Counted from the first letter of the stretch, positions 1-13,245 are shown. The stretch is DNA of 64,000 bases from a bacterium (GCA_963693055.1 OY843751.1:704001-768000), one strand, 5' to 3'. Numbers and translations: made by a program. Notes: generated by a model from the sequence alone, not told the origin.

Positions 1-1224
1 GCCATAGCAAAGTTTAGTGAGATGGGTTTCCCAACAATGCGCAAAGAGGCATGGCGTTTTACCAATATATCTCCGGTTGAACAGCAGTCATTCAAGCTGG
101 ATGCGGGAGACGTACCGGTAAGCCTTGAAGATATCAAACCATTTTTGTTGAATGAAAATGACCCTGTACAGCTCGTTTTTGTTAACGGTGTGTTTAAGCC
201 TGAATTGTCAGAAATACATGTTAAAGACGGAATAGTTATTCAAAATCTTGGTCAGGCACTTGAAGACGATCCTGAGCGGGTTTTGGCATATTTGAAAAAA
301 AATGAAAATGTGTTTGATTACGAGTTCTCTGCGTTAAATACAGCGTTTATGAAAGAGGGTGCTTTTATTTTTATCCCTAAAAACGTAGTATTTGATAAAC
401 CGATCCATCTTTTGTATATTTCACGTGCAAAAGACTCGGAAATAGTAAGTCACCCACGCAATTTGATTGTAGCAGAATCGAATTCTCAGGCAACCATATT
501 GGAATCGTATGCTGGTTGGAACAATGAGGTGTATTTTTCCAATCCTGTTACCGATGTTGTATTGGGCGAAAATGCAATAGTGCATCATTATAAAGTGCAG
601 CGGGAAAGTGAAAAAGCGTATCATATTGCTTTGCAGCACATCCATCAGGAACGTAGCAGTCATTTTGCATCGTATTCTTTTTCCATTGGTGCAGCTATTT
701 CCCGTAACGATATTCACAATGTACTGGACGGTGAAGGCTGTGACTCTGTGCTGAATGGATTGTATTTAGCGCATGATCGTCAGGTTGTTGACACCCATTC
801 GCTTATCGATCACGCTCAGCCATATTGTAATAGTCGTGAAGTATATCATGGTATACTGGATGACAAGGCCAAGACAGTATTCAGCGGCAAGATCCATGTA
901 AGAAAAGACGCGCAGAAAACCGATGCCATTCAGAGCAACAAGAATATTTTGCTCTCCGAAGAGGCTACTGTAGATACGCAGCCACAGCTTGAGATTTTTG
1001 CTGATGATGTGAGATGTACACATGGTGGTACTGTTGGACAGATTGACGATAACGGTGTGTTTTATCTCCGTTCTCGTGGCATTGGTGAAATCAAGGCGAG
1101 AAATATTATGATACATGCTTTTGCCGGTGAAATATTCAACGAAGTAAAGTTTGATTCCGTTAGAGAGTTGATGGATGATTTGGTATTATCGCACCTTGAA
1201 GACGGGCATTTGAAACATTCTTAA
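1..1224 (+). CDS. sufD: Fe-S cluster assembly protein SufD (5' end lies outside the window)
   Basis: Frame open from base 1; PT.RKEAWRFT N-terminal motif, 'PQLEIFADDVRCTHGGTVGQID..FYLRSRGI' C-terminal motif; upstream of sufT/sufS/sufU. Confidence 0.95.
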   Translation, partial: AIAKFSEMGFPTMRKEAWRFTNISPVEQQSFKLDAGDVPVSLEDIKPFLLNENDPVQLVFVNGVFKPELSEIHVKDGIVIQNLGQALEDDPERVLAYLKKNENVFDYEFSALNTAFMKEGAFIFIPKNVVFDKPIHLLYISRAKDSEIVSHPRNLIVAESNSQATILESYAGWNNEVYFSNPVTDVVLGENAIVHHYKVQRESEKAYHIALQHIHQERSSHFASYSFSIGAAISRNDIHNVLDGEGCDSVLNGLYLAHDRQVVDTHSLIDHAQPYCNSREVYHGILDDKAKTVFSGKIHVRKDAQKTDAIQSNKNILLSEEATVDTQPQLEIFADDVRCTHGGTVGQIDDNGVFYLRSRGIGEIKARNIMIHAFAGEIFNEVKFDSVRELMDDLVLSHLEDGHLKHS

Positions 1225-1239
1225 TCATGAGGCAGTACA

Positions 1240-1560
1240 ATGTATGAACCTGATATGAAATCGATCATGCAGGATGTGATAGAAGTTTTGCAGAATATAT
1301 ATGATCCTGAAATTCCGGTGAATATTTATGATTTGGGACTTGTTTATGAGGTTGATGTTGATGAAAATGGACATGTTAATATTGTGATGACACTAACATC
1401 ACCAGCATGCCCGGTTGCAGAAGCATTGCCTAATGAAGTAAAAGCAACTGTACATCATGTTGAAGGAGTTAAGGGTGTGGATGTGGAAGTGGTTTGGGAC
1501 CCTCCTTGGAATTACAATATGATGACTGAAGAAGCCAGGTTGGAGCTCGGAATGATGTAA
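1240..1560 (+). CDS. sufT: DUF59/SufT Fe-S cluster assembly factor
   Basis: 'DPEIPVNIYDLGLVY', 'MTLTSPACPVA' and 'WDPPW' motifs; SUF operon context. Confidence 0.92.
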   Translation: MYEPDMKSIMQDVIEVLQNIYDPEIPVNIYDLGLVYEVDVDENGHVNIVMTLTSPACPVAEALPNEVKATVHHVEGVKGVDVEVVWDPPWNYNMMTEEARLELGMM

Positions 1561-1581
1561 GCCTGACAAGAGGGAGGTTTA

Positions 1582-1893
1582 ATGAGCAGGTTTGTTGAGG
1601 CGTGTGGATTGGGAACTTTGGTTTCCGGAAAGTTGAGACGCGTCAATTTGGATGGTGAGCAGATTCTTCTTGTGCGAGATGGAGATAATGTATATGCGCT
1701 CGAAGATAGATGTACCCACGAAGATTTTCCATTATCCGATGGATGGGTAGATGACGGATGTGTTTATTGTCCTATGCATGGCGCTAAATTTGATATAAAA
1801 ACCGGTGAAGCTTTGTCTTTACCGGCTTATGAGGATGTAAAATCGTTTCCTGTAAGAATAAGAGACGATAAAGTTGAAGTAGATATTGGGTAA
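1582..1893 (+). CDS. Rieske [2Fe-2S] ferredoxin
   Basis: CTH...CPMHG ligands; RBS GAGG upstream. Confidence 0.93.
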   Translation: MSRFVEACGLGTLVSGKLRRVNLDGEQILLVRDGDNVYALEDRCTHEDFPLSDGWVDDGCVYCPMHGAKFDIKTGEALSLPAYEDVKSFPVRIRDDKVEVDIG

Positions 1894-1898
1894 ATATA

Positions 1899-3158
1899 AT
1901 GGCTATACCTAAAGTTTTTGTGCCTGAAGCAGAAAATATAAATATTGAGGATGTTCGTAAGCAGTTTCCAGTGTTTTCGCAGCCGGAAAATCAGGGGTTG
2001 ATTTATTTTGACAGTGCTGCAACGTCTCAACGCCCCCAAATGGTATTGGATGCCTGGAACAAATTCAATACTCATTATAATGCCAATGCGCATCGTGGCG
2101 CATATCGGATGGCTGAGCTGGCAACTTTGGAATATGAAAAAGCCCGTTCAAAGGTTTCTGATTTTATTGGTGCGTCATCAGAAGAAGAAATTGTTTTTCT
2201 ACGTGGAGCAACCGAAGCCTTTAACTTGATTGCTTATGGATGGGCGTTAAAGCATGTTGGGAAAGGTGATGAGATTGTTGTCAGTGAGTTGGAACATCAC
2301 AGTAACCTGATACCTTGGCAGATGGTAGCACAAAAGACGGGTGCAGAGTTGAAATTTATCCCCTTTAATGGTGATGGTCAATTGATCTTTACTGACTATG
2401 AAAAGCTTTTGTCGAACAAAACCCGTTTGGTAGCTATTACGCAAATGTCAAATGTGATGGGTTCTCCTATCCCGGTTACAAAATTTATCAAAGCTGCACA
2501 TAATGTAGGAGCTGTAGTTGTTGTTGATGGCAGTCAAAGTATTCCACATTTCAGCATTAATGTGTCTGAAATGGATGCAGATTTTTTTGCCTTTTCCGGA
2601 CATAAAATGCTGGGCCCCATGGGGACAGGTGTTCTGTATGCCAAGCAAAAGCATTTAGAGGATATGGACCCCATGATGTTTGGCGGTTCAATGATTGAAG
2701 ATGTTGATTATTTAAAATCCACCTGGAATCAGGTGCCCTGGAAATTTGAGGCAGGTACCCAGAATATACCCGGCGTGATTGGTTTGGGTGCTGCGATTGA
2801 TTATTTGAATACGTTAGGTTTAAAGAATATAAAGCAGCATGATAAAAGCCTGACTGCTTATGCATTAGAGCAAATGCAGTTAATTAAAGGCTTGCAAATT
2901 TATGGTAGCATTGTTGAACGTGGTCCGGTTATCGCTTTTGGTCTGGATAATGTGCACCCACATGATTTATCTACATTTCTGGATAACAAGAATATTGCTG
3001 TACGTTCAGGCCATCATTGCGCAAAGTTGATTATGAAACGTTTGGCTGTGAATGCAACAGCAAGAGCCAGTTTTTATCTTTATAATAGTAAAAATGAAAT
3101 AGACGCGTTTATAAAAGCGTTGGATCAGGCAAAGGAATATTTTTCAAAATGGAACTAG
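1899..3158 (+). CDS. sufS: Cysteine desulfurase, SufS type
   Basis: 'YFDSAATSQRP', PLP lysine motif 'FSGHKMLGP', catalytic 'RSGHHCA'. Confidence 0.96.
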   Translation: MAIPKVFVPEAENINIEDVRKQFPVFSQPENQGLIYFDSAATSQRPQMVLDAWNKFNTHYNANAHRGAYRMAELATLEYEKARSKVSDFIGASSEEEIVFLRGATEAFNLIAYGWALKHVGKGDEIVVSELEHHSNLIPWQMVAQKTGAELKFIPFNGDGQLIFTDYEKLLSNKTRLVAITQMSNVMGSPIPVTKFIKAAHNVGAVVVVDGSQSIPHFSINVSEMDADFFAFSGHKMLGPMGTGVLYAKQKHLEDMDPMMFGGSMIEDVDYLKSTWNQVPWKFEAGTQNIPGVIGLGAAIDYLNTLGLKNIKQHDKSLTAYALEQMQLIKGLQIYGSIVERGPVIAFGLDNVHPHDLSTFLDNKNIAVRSGHHCAKLIMKRLAVNATARASFYLYNSKNEIDAFIKALDQAKEYFSKWN

Positions 3159-3610
3159 ATGACCTTTATCAGGAAATTATTTTAGACCATTACAAACAAC
3201 CCAGAAACCAGGGCCAGTTGAGTAATGCTACCGTTCATATAAGCGGTAAAAATCCTTTTTGTGGTGATGAACTGGATCTATCTTTGATTATTAAAGATGA
3301 TCTTGTGCAGGATATTGCCTTTAAAGGAAGCGGATGTGCCATTAGTCAGGCGTCTATATCCGTTATGACTGAGCAGGTAAAAGGTAAAACTGTAAATGAA
3401 GTTAAAGAGTTGATAGATAAATTTTCAGGAATGGTTAAAGGTGAAAAGAAAATAGATCTTGATACACTAGAAGATTTGTCTGCATTTCAGGGCGTATGTG
3501 AATACCCGACCCGGGTCAAGTGCGCTATGCTGGGTTGGAATGCATTAAAAAAAGCAATTGATTCTGATCAAATTAATGAAAAAACGGAGCAAAATGATGC
3601 CAAAGGTTAA
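3149..3610 (+). CDS. sufU: SUF system NifU-family protein SufU
   Basis: 'LYQEIILDHY', 'NPFCGD', 'GCAISQAS', 'RVKCA'. Confidence 0.95.
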   Translation: MELDDLYQEIILDHYKQPRNQGQLSNATVHISGKNPFCGDELDLSLIIKDDLVQDIAFKGSGCAISQASISVMTEQVKGKTVNEVKELIDKFSGMVKGEKKIDLDTLEDLSAFQGVCEYPTRVKCAMLGWNALKKAIDSDQINEKTEQNDAKG

Positions 3611-3791
3611 AACTTTTACTTCCGAGTTGGCAATATTTAAAAGTATTGGTCAGCTGGAAGCACTCGATAAAACAGTAAACGATTTTATTAAAGAAAATAA
3701 TGTGCAAAAGGTTTATTCTGTTAGTGATGCTACCACTACAAATGACCAGGGTGTAACCATGGGAATAATTCGAACACTGGCATATGATTGA
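3597..3791 (+). CDS. Small hypothetical protein (64 aa) closing the SUF operon
   Basis: GGAG RBS at 3586; overlaps the sufU end; followed by a hairpin at about 3800-3823. Confidence 0.7.
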   Translation: MPKVKTFTSELAIFKSIGQLEALDKTVNDFIKENNVQKVYSVSDATTTNDQGVTMGIIRTLAYD

Positions 3792-3893
3792 TTTAAAAAA
3801 GGTCCGTGATCCCTTGCGGACCTGAAAAATCATATATTGCATTTCATTATTAAATCTGTATATTATATTAAAAATATACTAACAATGCAGAGA

Positions 3894-4541
3894 ATGATGA
3901 AATATTTCAATTTTTTACTATTTGCTACATTAATTTTAATCCTGTCACAGTGCAGTGAACAGTACCATCCTATTGATTATTATCCTGTAGATATTGATAA
4001 TACCTGGCTCTATACGGGAATTCTTTCCAAAGTTCAAGTTACGGAAAAAGAAAAAAAGAAGAACCAGACTGAATTTATAATGGTTTACTTTGATTCTACG
4101 GGTATACCTATCTGGAAAGAAAAACATATTTTACGCAACAACAAACTGTTATGGGCCACTTTTTCACCGCAGACTCCTTTTATTCCTGAAGTTCGGTTTG
4201 ATCCTCCCATTCCTACCGCGCCTTTTTCTGACAAATTGGGTGATAAAAAAAGAATTGAAAGTACCGAAGTGCGTTTGGATTCGTCTATAACAACTGTGCG
4301 TGTGTTTGTGGATTATGAAGTAGAGTCTATTGAGAATGTAGAACTGCCTACAGGATTTTTCCCTGAATGTGTTAAAATGAAAATGACAATATCCTACCCT
4401 GATCCTGTAACGGAACCATATATGGCAGGGACAAGTTACTTTTGGTTTGCAAGGGGAGTTGGGCCAATAAGTTTTATAATGCCGTCGGGGCAGGGAAGTT
4501 TGATAAGCGCCAAAGTTGGAAATAAAAAAGTACCGCAATAA
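3894..4541 (+). CDS. Putative lipoprotein (YYP...N.W.Y / W.A.GVG beta-rich family)
   Basis: Signal peptide ending ILSQC; 'YYPVDIDNTWLY' and 'WFARGVGPI'; start chosen at the ATG before the hydrophobic stretch. Confidence 0.75.
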   Translation: MMKYFNFLLFATLILILSQCSEQYHPIDYYPVDIDNTWLYTGILSKVQVTEKEKKKNQTEFIMVYFDSTGIPIWKEKHILRNNKLLWATFSPQTPFIPEVRFDPPIPTAPFSDKLGDKKRIESTEVRLDSSITTVRVFVDYEVESIENVELPTGFFPECVKMKMTISYPDPVTEPYMAGTSYFWFARGVGPISFIMPSGQGSLISAKVGNKKVPQ

Positions 4542-4576
4542 AAAAAAAGCCCGCTAATTTAGCGGGCTTTTTTTTT
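4540..4576. terminator. Bidirectional intrinsic terminator
   Basis: A-run, GCCCGCTA-ATT-TAGCGGGC, T-run, between convergent genes. Confidence 0.92.
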
Positions 4577-4579
4577 ATA

Positions 4580-6388
4580 TTAGAAATATAATTCTCGATA
4601 ATCTTTAATGTTCGCTTTATCTTTTAAATCAGCATACCATTTAGAGTATATTCTCTGTTTGGCTCGAACCATCAGCTGAAGTTTTAAATCTTCTTTTTGT
4701 TTTTCAAATTCAGCCGAATCAAAGTCTTTTTTGTCCAAAAGCTGAATAACATAATATCCGCGTGTACCTTTAACAGGTTCGGAATAATCACCAACTTTTA
4801 TGCTGAATGCTTTACCAGCCAGTTCAGGTTCTTTACCCACTTTGGGGATAACACCTGTCATGCTGAACTCGTCGGTTTCCTGAACAGTTAGGCTGTCTTT
4901 TGCCGCAACATCTTCCATAGAACTTCCTGCTGCAATTTTGTCATAGGCTTGTTGGGCCTGAGCTTTGGCAAGTTCCATTTTCTTTTCACTTTTCAAAGAA
5001 TTCACAATGCGGTCTTGAACATCTTCAAGCGGCTGCACATGTTCTTCAATAACATCTTTTAATACGGCTACCAGGTATCCCTGGTCAACTGAAATTACAC
5101 GGCTAAGGTCACCTTTTTTGCTGCGATACGCAAAATTGTTAACTCGTGATTCCATGCCAATACCAGGAATAAAACCACCTTTTTCAAAAGGTTGAGTTGT
5201 TTGTACAGTCAGGCTGTCACTTTTTGCACGATCATAAAATTCTTCTGATGAAATTTCTTCATCTGCAAGATATTCAGCGTTGTCAAGCAGGTTGTTGCGT
5301 GTGGTTGGAGATGTTTCAATTTTTAAAAGGATGTGTTTGGCTTTTACTTTTAATTCTCCATCTTCACGTTTTTTGTCTTCAACTTTGATGATGTGGATGC
5401 CAAAACGTGATTCTACGGGACCTACAATGTCACCAGGTTTTGCTGCAAAGGCTGCATCGGAAAAAGGCTTAACCATTGCGTTTTTATTAAAATAACCCAG
5501 ATCGCCACCGTTTTCAGCAGAACCCTCATCTTGAGAGTAAAGGCTTGCAAGCTGTTCAAAATTGCCGCTGCTTTTTGCTTCTTCAAGAATATCCTGAGCT
5601 TGTTTCATTGTAGCTTCAGAATCTGCTTTTGTAGGTTTGGTTTCAAATAAAACATAATCCAAAACACGTTTTTCAACTTGATTATAATCATCTTTGTGAG
5701 CATTGTAATAAGCTTTAATCTCTGATTCTGAGGGCTCTTCAGTTGATGCCATTTGATTCGAGTTGAAAAAGAGATATTTGATTTTAGCCTTGGTATTGTT
5801 TTTCATGAATTCAATACGCGCATCATCATCTGTAATGTGAATGCTTGATGTAAGCAGCATATTTAATTTTTGCATTGGGATTGCAGAGCGCAGATATTGT
5901 TCAACACCCAACCAGAACTGAGAAACCTGCGGGTCAGGATTGTTAAGCGCAGCCTGATATTGGGCCACATTGAAGTTACCCGATGAATCTACAAAAGCCT
6001 GCTGTGAACGAATAATATCGGGAGGATTATTCCAGATTTCTTCGGTGATTTCAGCATCAGTTGCTGACAAGTTAAAAGCGTCAATTACATCCGTCATTAA
6101 TTGCTGTTGAACCAATGATTCATAAACCTGTGATTCGATTTGGGTAAGTTCAAACGCTCTGGGATCTTGACCTCTGTTTTCACGAAATGATTGCAACTCA
6201 GAGTCATACATTTGTTTGTATTGTTCGTACATGATCTCATCACCGTTAACCTCGGCAATAACACCGGGCTTTTGGCCGGATTTGAAACCACCCATACCCC
6301 AGTCAATAATGATGGTCAACATGAACGCAAAAACCAAAATTAATAAAATTACCTTTGTGTTTTCACGCATTCGATTCATTAAAGCCAT
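4580..6388 (-). CDS. SurA/PpiD-type membrane-anchored parvulin peptidyl-prolyl isomerase
   Basis: N-terminal TM anchor, SurA-N-like region, parvulin motifs 'GGDLGYF', '[14 protein letters not shown]'. Confidence 0.9.
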   Translation of the reverse strand: MALMNRMRENTKVILLILVFAFMLTIIIDWGMGGFKSGQKPGVIAEVNGDEIMYEQYKQMYDSELQSFRENRGQDPRAFELTQIESQVYESLVQQQLMTDVIDAFNLSATDAEITEEIWNNPPDIIRSQQAFVDSSGNFNVAQYQAALNNPDPQVSQFWLGVEQYLRSAIPMQKLNMLLTSSIHITDDDARIEFMKNNTKAKIKYLFFNSNQMASTEEPSESEIKAYYNAHKDDYNQVEKRVLDYVLFETKPTKADSEATMKQAQDILEEAKSSGNFEQLASLYSQDEGSAENGGDLGYFNKNAMVKPFSDAAFAAKPGDIVGPVESRFGIHIIKVEDKKREDGELKVKAKHILLKIETSPTTRNNLLDNAEYLADEEISSEEFYDRAKSDSLTVQTTQPFEKGGFIPGIGMESRVNNFAYRSKKGDLSRVISVDQGYLVAVLKDVIEEHVQPLEDVQDRIVNSLKSEKKMELAKAQAQQAYDKIAAGSSMEDVAAKDSLTVQETDEFSMTGVIPKVGKEPELAGKAFSIKVGDYSEPVKGTRGYYVIQLLDKKDFDSAEFEKQKEDLKLQLMVRAKQRIYSKWYADLKDKANIKDYRELYF

Positions 6389-6639
6389 GGAAACCCTCTT
6401 GTATTTATTGTTTTTATATAATTCATATCGTAATAGTACATCCGATTAATGTAATAGGAAAAAAGAATAAATGCAAGATTTTTCTGGTAGATATCAATAG
6501 ATGTTTGATGGATTTGGGCTACAAAACGGGAAAATATTTCTGTTGCAGTGTAAAATGAAAAGTGCACTAACCTCTATTATTTTTTATTGCTTATTAAGGC
6601 AGAATTGGTTAATTTTATATCTTGTAAACTTTGGAGCAT

Positions 6640-7329
6640 ATGATGTGGTTAGAGTTATTGGCTCTCGGTTTGTGGAGTGGTGTTGTCTCGATGGATACAA
6701 CTGCTGCTATGCAGGTTATGATATCAAGACCACTGGTCAGTTGTTTGATAACCGGTGCTATTCTTGGTGACTATCAACTGGGTCTGATTATTGGGATTTA
6801 TCTGGAACTTTTATGGATCAACGAACTACCCATAGGTGCAGCTAAATTCCTGGAAGGAAATGTTGGAGCAACTGCGGCGGCAGCAATAGCAGTTTTTACA
6901 TTCCAGAATAGTTTGCGGCTTGTACCATCTATAGCCTTGTCTTTATTGATTGCTATTGTTATTAGTCATTTAGGTGGATATCTGGTTAAAAAAATGCGTT
7001 ATGTTAATGGAGATGCATTTGACAAATTGCTGGTTGATCCTGATATCTCTGCTGCCAAAGTGGAAAAATTGCATTATAAAGGCATCTTTTATTCTTTTTT
7101 AATTGGCCTTGTGATTATACCTGTTTTTGCGGTTGTTTTTGGTTGGTTTGCTTTACCTTTATTGATTATGTGGTTACCTGTTGCAGTTGATCAATTTTTA
7201 GAACCAATTAATGTAGCTTTTTTAGGTGTAGGAAGTGCAATTTTGATTTTCATGTTTACCCGACATAAGCAATGGTGGATGATTTTCCTCGGCTTTTGTT
7301 TGGGTTTAATGTATTTATTTTTAAAATGA
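6640..7329 (+). CDS. PTS mannose/fructose/sorbose family IIC component
   Basis: 'ISRPLV...GAILGD..GL.IG..LEL.W...PIG'; multiple TM segments. Confidence 0.88.
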   Translation: MMWLELLALGLWSGVVSMDTTAAMQVMISRPLVSCLITGAILGDYQLGLIIGIYLELLWINELPIGAAKFLEGNVGATAAAAIAVFTFQNSLRLVPSIALSLLIAIVISHLGGYLVKKMRYVNGDAFDKLLVDPDISAAKVEKLHYKGIFYSFLIGLVIIPVFAVVFGWFALPLLIMWLPVAVDQFLEPINVAFLGVGSAILIFMFTRHKQWWMIFLGFCLGLMYLFLK

Positions 7330-7339
7330 AACCAGAACA

Positions 7340-8098
7340 ATGAATAGACGTTTAAAAACTGTTGATCTGTTCAAAATGCTCTTTCGGTGTTTCCTGATTC
7401 AGGGATCCTGGAATTTCAAAGTACTTATTGGTACAGGATTTTGTTTTTGCGCCCTGCCTATTACCCGACGTTTATCGGAAACTACTGAAGATCAAAAAGA
7501 GTTTCTTTACCAACATTTGACCTTTTTTAACGCTCATCCTTATTTCGCCAGTTGGTGCCTGGGTGCGGTAGCAAAGCTGGAAGAGGAAGCTGCGGCCGAT
7601 AATTGGGAAAGTAAACAGATTATTGCTCAATTTAAAAAAACGCTGACCGGCCCATTGGGATCAATTGGAGACAGGATCTTTTGGAATGGAGTAAAACCTT
7701 TAGCGTCTGGTATTGGATTAATACTGGCACTGTTAATTGGTTGGTATGCTGTTATTGTTTTTTTGGTTTTATATAATATACCCCATTTCTATTTTCGTAT
7801 AAAGGGATTGTTTGTTGGGTATAAAAACGGTTTTGACATCGTTACAATAATATCTGAAAAACCATACCGTAGATTTATTGTATTCCTTTCCATTCTGGGA
7901 GCTGTTGCTGCTGGTATTTATGCAATCTTGGCTTGTAAATGGAGTTATGATCAAAATCACTATTTGGCTGTTGCTTTTGCTGTATCTGTTTTAACCACAT
8001 TGGTGTTTTTAGATTTAAATAAACCGGTGTGGATTTCACTTGTTTTTTCAGTAATTTTTAGTATTGTTGTAAAAATAATATTTTTTTTTACCGTTTAA
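7340..8098 (+). CDS. PTS mannose/fructose/sorbose family IID component
   Basis: 'QGSWNF', 'FFNAHP', 'GPLGSIGDRIFW', 'LYNIPH'. Confidence 0.92.
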   Translation: MNRRLKTVDLFKMLFRCFLIQGSWNFKVLIGTGFCFCALPITRRLSETTEDQKEFLYQHLTFFNAHPYFASWCLGAVAKLEEEAAADNWESKQIIAQFKKTLTGPLGSIGDRIFWNGVKPLASGIGLILALLIGWYAVIVFLVLYNIPHFYFRIKGLFVGYKNGFDIVTIISEKPYRRFIVFLSILGAVAAGIYAILACKWSYDQNHYLAVAFAVSVLTTLVFLDLNKPVWISLVFSVIFSIVVKIIFFFTV

Positions 8099-8152
8099 AT
8101 TAAATTCGTTGGGATCGTCAGACAGGCAATAAGGTTTGTAAAGAGAGATTTT

Positions 8153-8422
8153 ATGTTAACAAAAGAATTTACAATAAAAAACAAATATGGCATCCATGCC
8201 AGACCAGCAGGTTTGCTGGTAAAAACATCTTCACAATTCAAGGCATCTGTTTATATTTCCAAAGATGGAACCGAGGTTAATGCAAAAAGTATTATGGGTG
8301 TATTAATGCTTGAAGCTGCTTTTGGCAGTGTTGTTCAAGTACGTATTGATGGTGAAGATGAACATAAAGCCATGGATGCTATTGGTCAGCTTATTGCTGA
8401 TCGGCAATTTGATGAAGAATAA
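8153..8422 (+). CDS. ptsH: Phosphocarrier protein HPr
   Basis: 'GIHARPA' (His15) and 'AKSIMGVL' (Ser46). Confidence 0.96.
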   Translation: MLTKEFTIKNKYGIHARPAGLLVKTSSQFKASVYISKDGTEVNAKSIMGVLMLEAAFGSVVQVRIDGEDEHKAMDAIGQLIADRQFDEE

Positions 8423-8427
8423 TCAGG

Positions 8428-10215
8428 GTGAGTTTTATGCCTGTTAAAAAAACTACAAAGGAAGTTCGTTTAACCGGAGTTGCTGCTTCGCCAGGTATAG
8501 CAATGGGACCTGTATATTTTATGGGTGCTGATATTGTTTCTGTTGAAGCCAGAAAATTAGAACCCGGTGAAGTAGATGCAGAGGTTACAAAGTTTTGTTC
8601 TGCTATTGACAAATCAAAGCAGGATTTACAAGAACTTGTGCAGCGCACATCACTAACCATTGGTGAAGAAAGCGCAAAAATATTTGAAGTCCATCAACTC
8701 ATGCTGGAAGATGTAATGATTGTTGATGAATCTGTACGCAAGATCCGGGAAGACAAGGTAAATGCTGATCAGGCATTTCTTGAAGTTATGGAGCATTTTG
8801 AGGTTTCTCTTGAATCCATAGAGGGAGAATATCTTAAAGCTCGTGCGGCTGATATTCGCGATATTAAACGCAGGGTTATCCGTAATATTCAAGGTGATAA
8901 ACGGCCCTCACTTGCCAGTCTTAAAGAACCCGCAATTATATTTGCCAAAGAGTTAACACCTTCTGATGCTGTGAATCTGGAGCGCGAAAACGTTTTAGGC
9001 TTTGCCATGGATTTTGGAGGCAGGACTTCTCATACGGCAATTATGGCAAGGGCTATACGGGTTCCCTCTGTTGTGGGTCTGAAAAAAATTGGTCAATTGA
9101 TTCACAGTGGTGATTTTGTTATTCTTGATGGCAATATTGGATTGTTGATTGTAAATCCTACTGAAGAAACTGTGAATGAGTATCGGAATCGTTTTTCCGA
9201 TTATAAAATTTTTAAAGAGAAACTGGAGCATCTCAAAGACTTGCCAGCCAGAACGCTTGATGGTAAGGATATAGAGCTGGCGGCAAATATAGAGTTTCTT
9301 GAAGAGGTTGAAGAAGTTGTAAACGCAGGTGGAGAAGGTGTTGGACTTTTTCGAACTGAATATTTATATCTTACCAACACTGAACTTCCGTCTGAGGAAG
9401 AGCAATTTGAGGAATATGTTAGCATTGTAAAAGCGTTGAATAATAAGCCCATTATTATCCGTACTTTTGATTTGGGTGGCGATAAAATGCCAAAGTCGAT
9501 CAATTTACCTCCAGAGACCAATCCATTTTTAGGTGCGCGGGGTATTCGTTTGTATCGAGAAGAAGGCGGGCAGCAATTATTCAAAACCCAATTACGGGCG
9601 ATTGTAAGAGCTAGTGCCTATGGCAAAGTTCGGGTCATGTTCCCCATGATCTCTTGTATTTCTGAAGTCCGTTTTTGCCAAAATATGTTGACCGAAGTTA
9701 AGCTCGAGTTGAAAAAAGAAGGGCTACCGTTCTCTGATGATATACCCGTTGGCGCTATGATTGAGGTACCATCGGCAGCCGTCATAGCGGATATTATTGC
9801 CAGAGAATGTGATTTCCTCAGCATTGGTACAAACGATCTGGTTCAATACAGCCTTGCGGTTGATCGTGGAAATGAGCATATTGCGTATCTTTATCAGCAA
9901 TATAATCCATCGGTATTACGTTTAATTAAAAATGTTATTGAAATGGGGCACCAAAAAGGTGTTTGGGTTGGCGTTTGCGGTGAAATGGCCAGTGACCCTC
10001 TTTTGACAATGATGTTAATTGGTATGGGATTAGATGAATTTAGCGTAAGTCCGGTATCATTATTGCTTATCAAAGAAATTGTACGCCGTGTTGAAGTAGG
10101 TGAATGTATTGATCTTGTTGAAGAAATGATTAATTATGATACGGCTGAATCTGTTGAAACTAGCTTGAAAGCATTTATGAAACAAAAATTTTCTGATTTA
10201 TATCTATTATTTTAA
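8428..10215 (+). CDS. ptsI: PTS Enzyme I (PEP-protein phosphotransferase)
   Basis: 'GGRTSHTAI' phospho-His, 'GVGLFRTE', 'SIGTNDL', 'CGEMA'. Confidence 0.96.
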   Translation: MSFMPVKKTTKEVRLTGVAASPGIAMGPVYFMGADIVSVEARKLEPGEVDAEVTKFCSAIDKSKQDLQELVQRTSLTIGEESAKIFEVHQLMLEDVMIVDESVRKIREDKVNADQAFLEVMEHFEVSLESIEGEYLKARAADIRDIKRRVIRNIQGDKRPSLASLKEPAIIFAKELTPSDAVNLERENVLGFAMDFGGRTSHTAIMARAIRVPSVVGLKKIGQLIHSGDFVILDGNIGLLIVNPTEETVNEYRNRFSDYKIFKEKLEHLKDLPARTLDGKDIELAANIEFLEEVEEVVNAGGEGVGLFRTEYLYLTNTELPSEEEQFEEYVSIVKALNNKPIIIRTFDLGGDKMPKSINLPPETNPFLGARGIRLYREEGGQQLFKTQLRAIVRASAYGKVRVMFPMISCISEVRFCQNMLTEVKLELKKEGLPFSDDIPVGAMIEVPSAAVIADIIARECDFLSIGTNDLVQYSLAVDRGNEHIAYLYQQYNPSVLRLIKNVIEMGHQKGVWVGVCGEMASDPLLTMMLIGMGLDEFSVSPVSLLLIKEIVRRVEVGECIDLVEEMINYDTAESVETSLKAFMKQKFSDLYLLF

Positions 10216-10288
10216 ACTAGTTATCAGCATATTATTGATTTTTGTATATTGTAATAAGAAATAGGAAAAGAGAAAGGAGCTGCCATAA

Positions 10289-11428
10289 ATGTCCGAAATG
10301 TTATTTACTTCAGAATCCGTAACTGAGGGACATCCAGACAAAGTTGCAGATCAAATATCCGATGCGGTACTTGACGCTGCTTTTGCTGATGATCCTATGA
10401 GCCGGGTTGCCTGTGAAACATTTGTAACAACAGGTTTGGCCCTGGTTGGTGGTGAAATTACCACCGAAACCTATGTTGACATCCCTCAGGTCGTCAGAAA
10501 TACCATTAAAGAAATTGGGTATACTGATGCTTCATATGGATTCGATTATGAAACCTGTGCTGTGTTAACAACCATTGATCAGCAATCTGCTGACATTGCA
10601 ATGGGTGTTGACAAGGATGGAGCAGGTGACCAGGGAATGATGTTTGGTTTTGCCTGTGATGAAACCCCTGAATTGATGCCTTTGCCAATTATGCTGGCCC
10701 AGCAATTAACCCAGCGTTTGGCCCAGGTGAGAAAAGATGGTCTGGTTTCTTATTTGAGACCTGATGGCAAATCTCAGGTATCTGTGAATTATGTTGATGG
10801 CAAACCCGTCTCAATAGACACTGTTGTCATTTCAACCCAGCACAATCCTGATGCAACCAATGAGCAGATAAGAGAAGATATGATTGAAAAAGTTATTCTT
10901 CCTGTACTGCCAAAAGAATTGATTGCCAAAGGTGATCCTGTTTATCATATCAATCCCACCGGTCGTTTTGTTGTTGGCGGTCCACAGGGTGATGCAGGAT
11001 TAACCGGTCGTAAAATTATTGTAGATACCTATGGTGGGTATTCCCGTCATGGCGGTGGTGCTTTCTCTGGCAAAGATCCAACGAAAGTTGACCGTTCAGC
11101 CGCTTATGCATCACGTTATATTGCCAAAAATATTGTTGCAGCTGGTATTGCAACAAAATGCGAAATTCAATTGGCATACGCAATTGGTGTTGCAGAACCT
11201 GTTTCCATTCACGTGGATACATTTGGTACCGGAAAACTGGCAGATGATGCTATTGTTAAACTGGTACGTGAAAATTTTGATCTTACCCCCAAAGGTATTA
11301 TCACCATGCTTGATCTGCGTCGTCCTATTTATAAGGCTACCGCAGCTTATGGTCACTTTGGCCGTACCGGCGATGGCTTTACCTGGGAAAAAACAGATAA
11401 AGCAGATGTATTGAAAAAAAGTTTGTAA
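10289..11428 (+). CDS. metK: S-adenosylmethionine synthetase
   Basis: '[13 protein letters not shown]', 'GAGDQG', 'GGGAFSGKD'. Confidence 0.98.
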   Translation: MSEMLFTSESVTEGHPDKVADQISDAVLDAAFADDPMSRVACETFVTTGLALVGGEITTETYVDIPQVVRNTIKEIGYTDASYGFDYETCAVLTTIDQQSADIAMGVDKDGAGDQGMMFGFACDETPELMPLPIMLAQQLTQRLAQVRKDGLVSYLRPDGKSQVSVNYVDGKPVSIDTVVISTQHNPDATNEQIREDMIEKVILPVLPKELIAKGDPVYHINPTGRFVVGGPQGDAGLTGRKIIVDTYGGYSRHGGGAFSGKDPTKVDRSAAYASRYIAKNIVAAGIATKCEIQLAYAIGVAEPVSIHVDTFGTGKLADDAIVKLVRENFDLTPKGIITMLDLRRPIYKATAAYGHFGRTGDGFTWEKTDKADVLKKSL

Positions 11429-13224
<1,796 letters not shown>

Positions 13225-13245
13225 GGTGTAGAACTCAACCCGGAA

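Noticed and set aside
10216-10288. SAM riboswitch upstream of metK
   Set aside because: Only 73 AT-rich bases, with no SAM-I/II core or terminator visible
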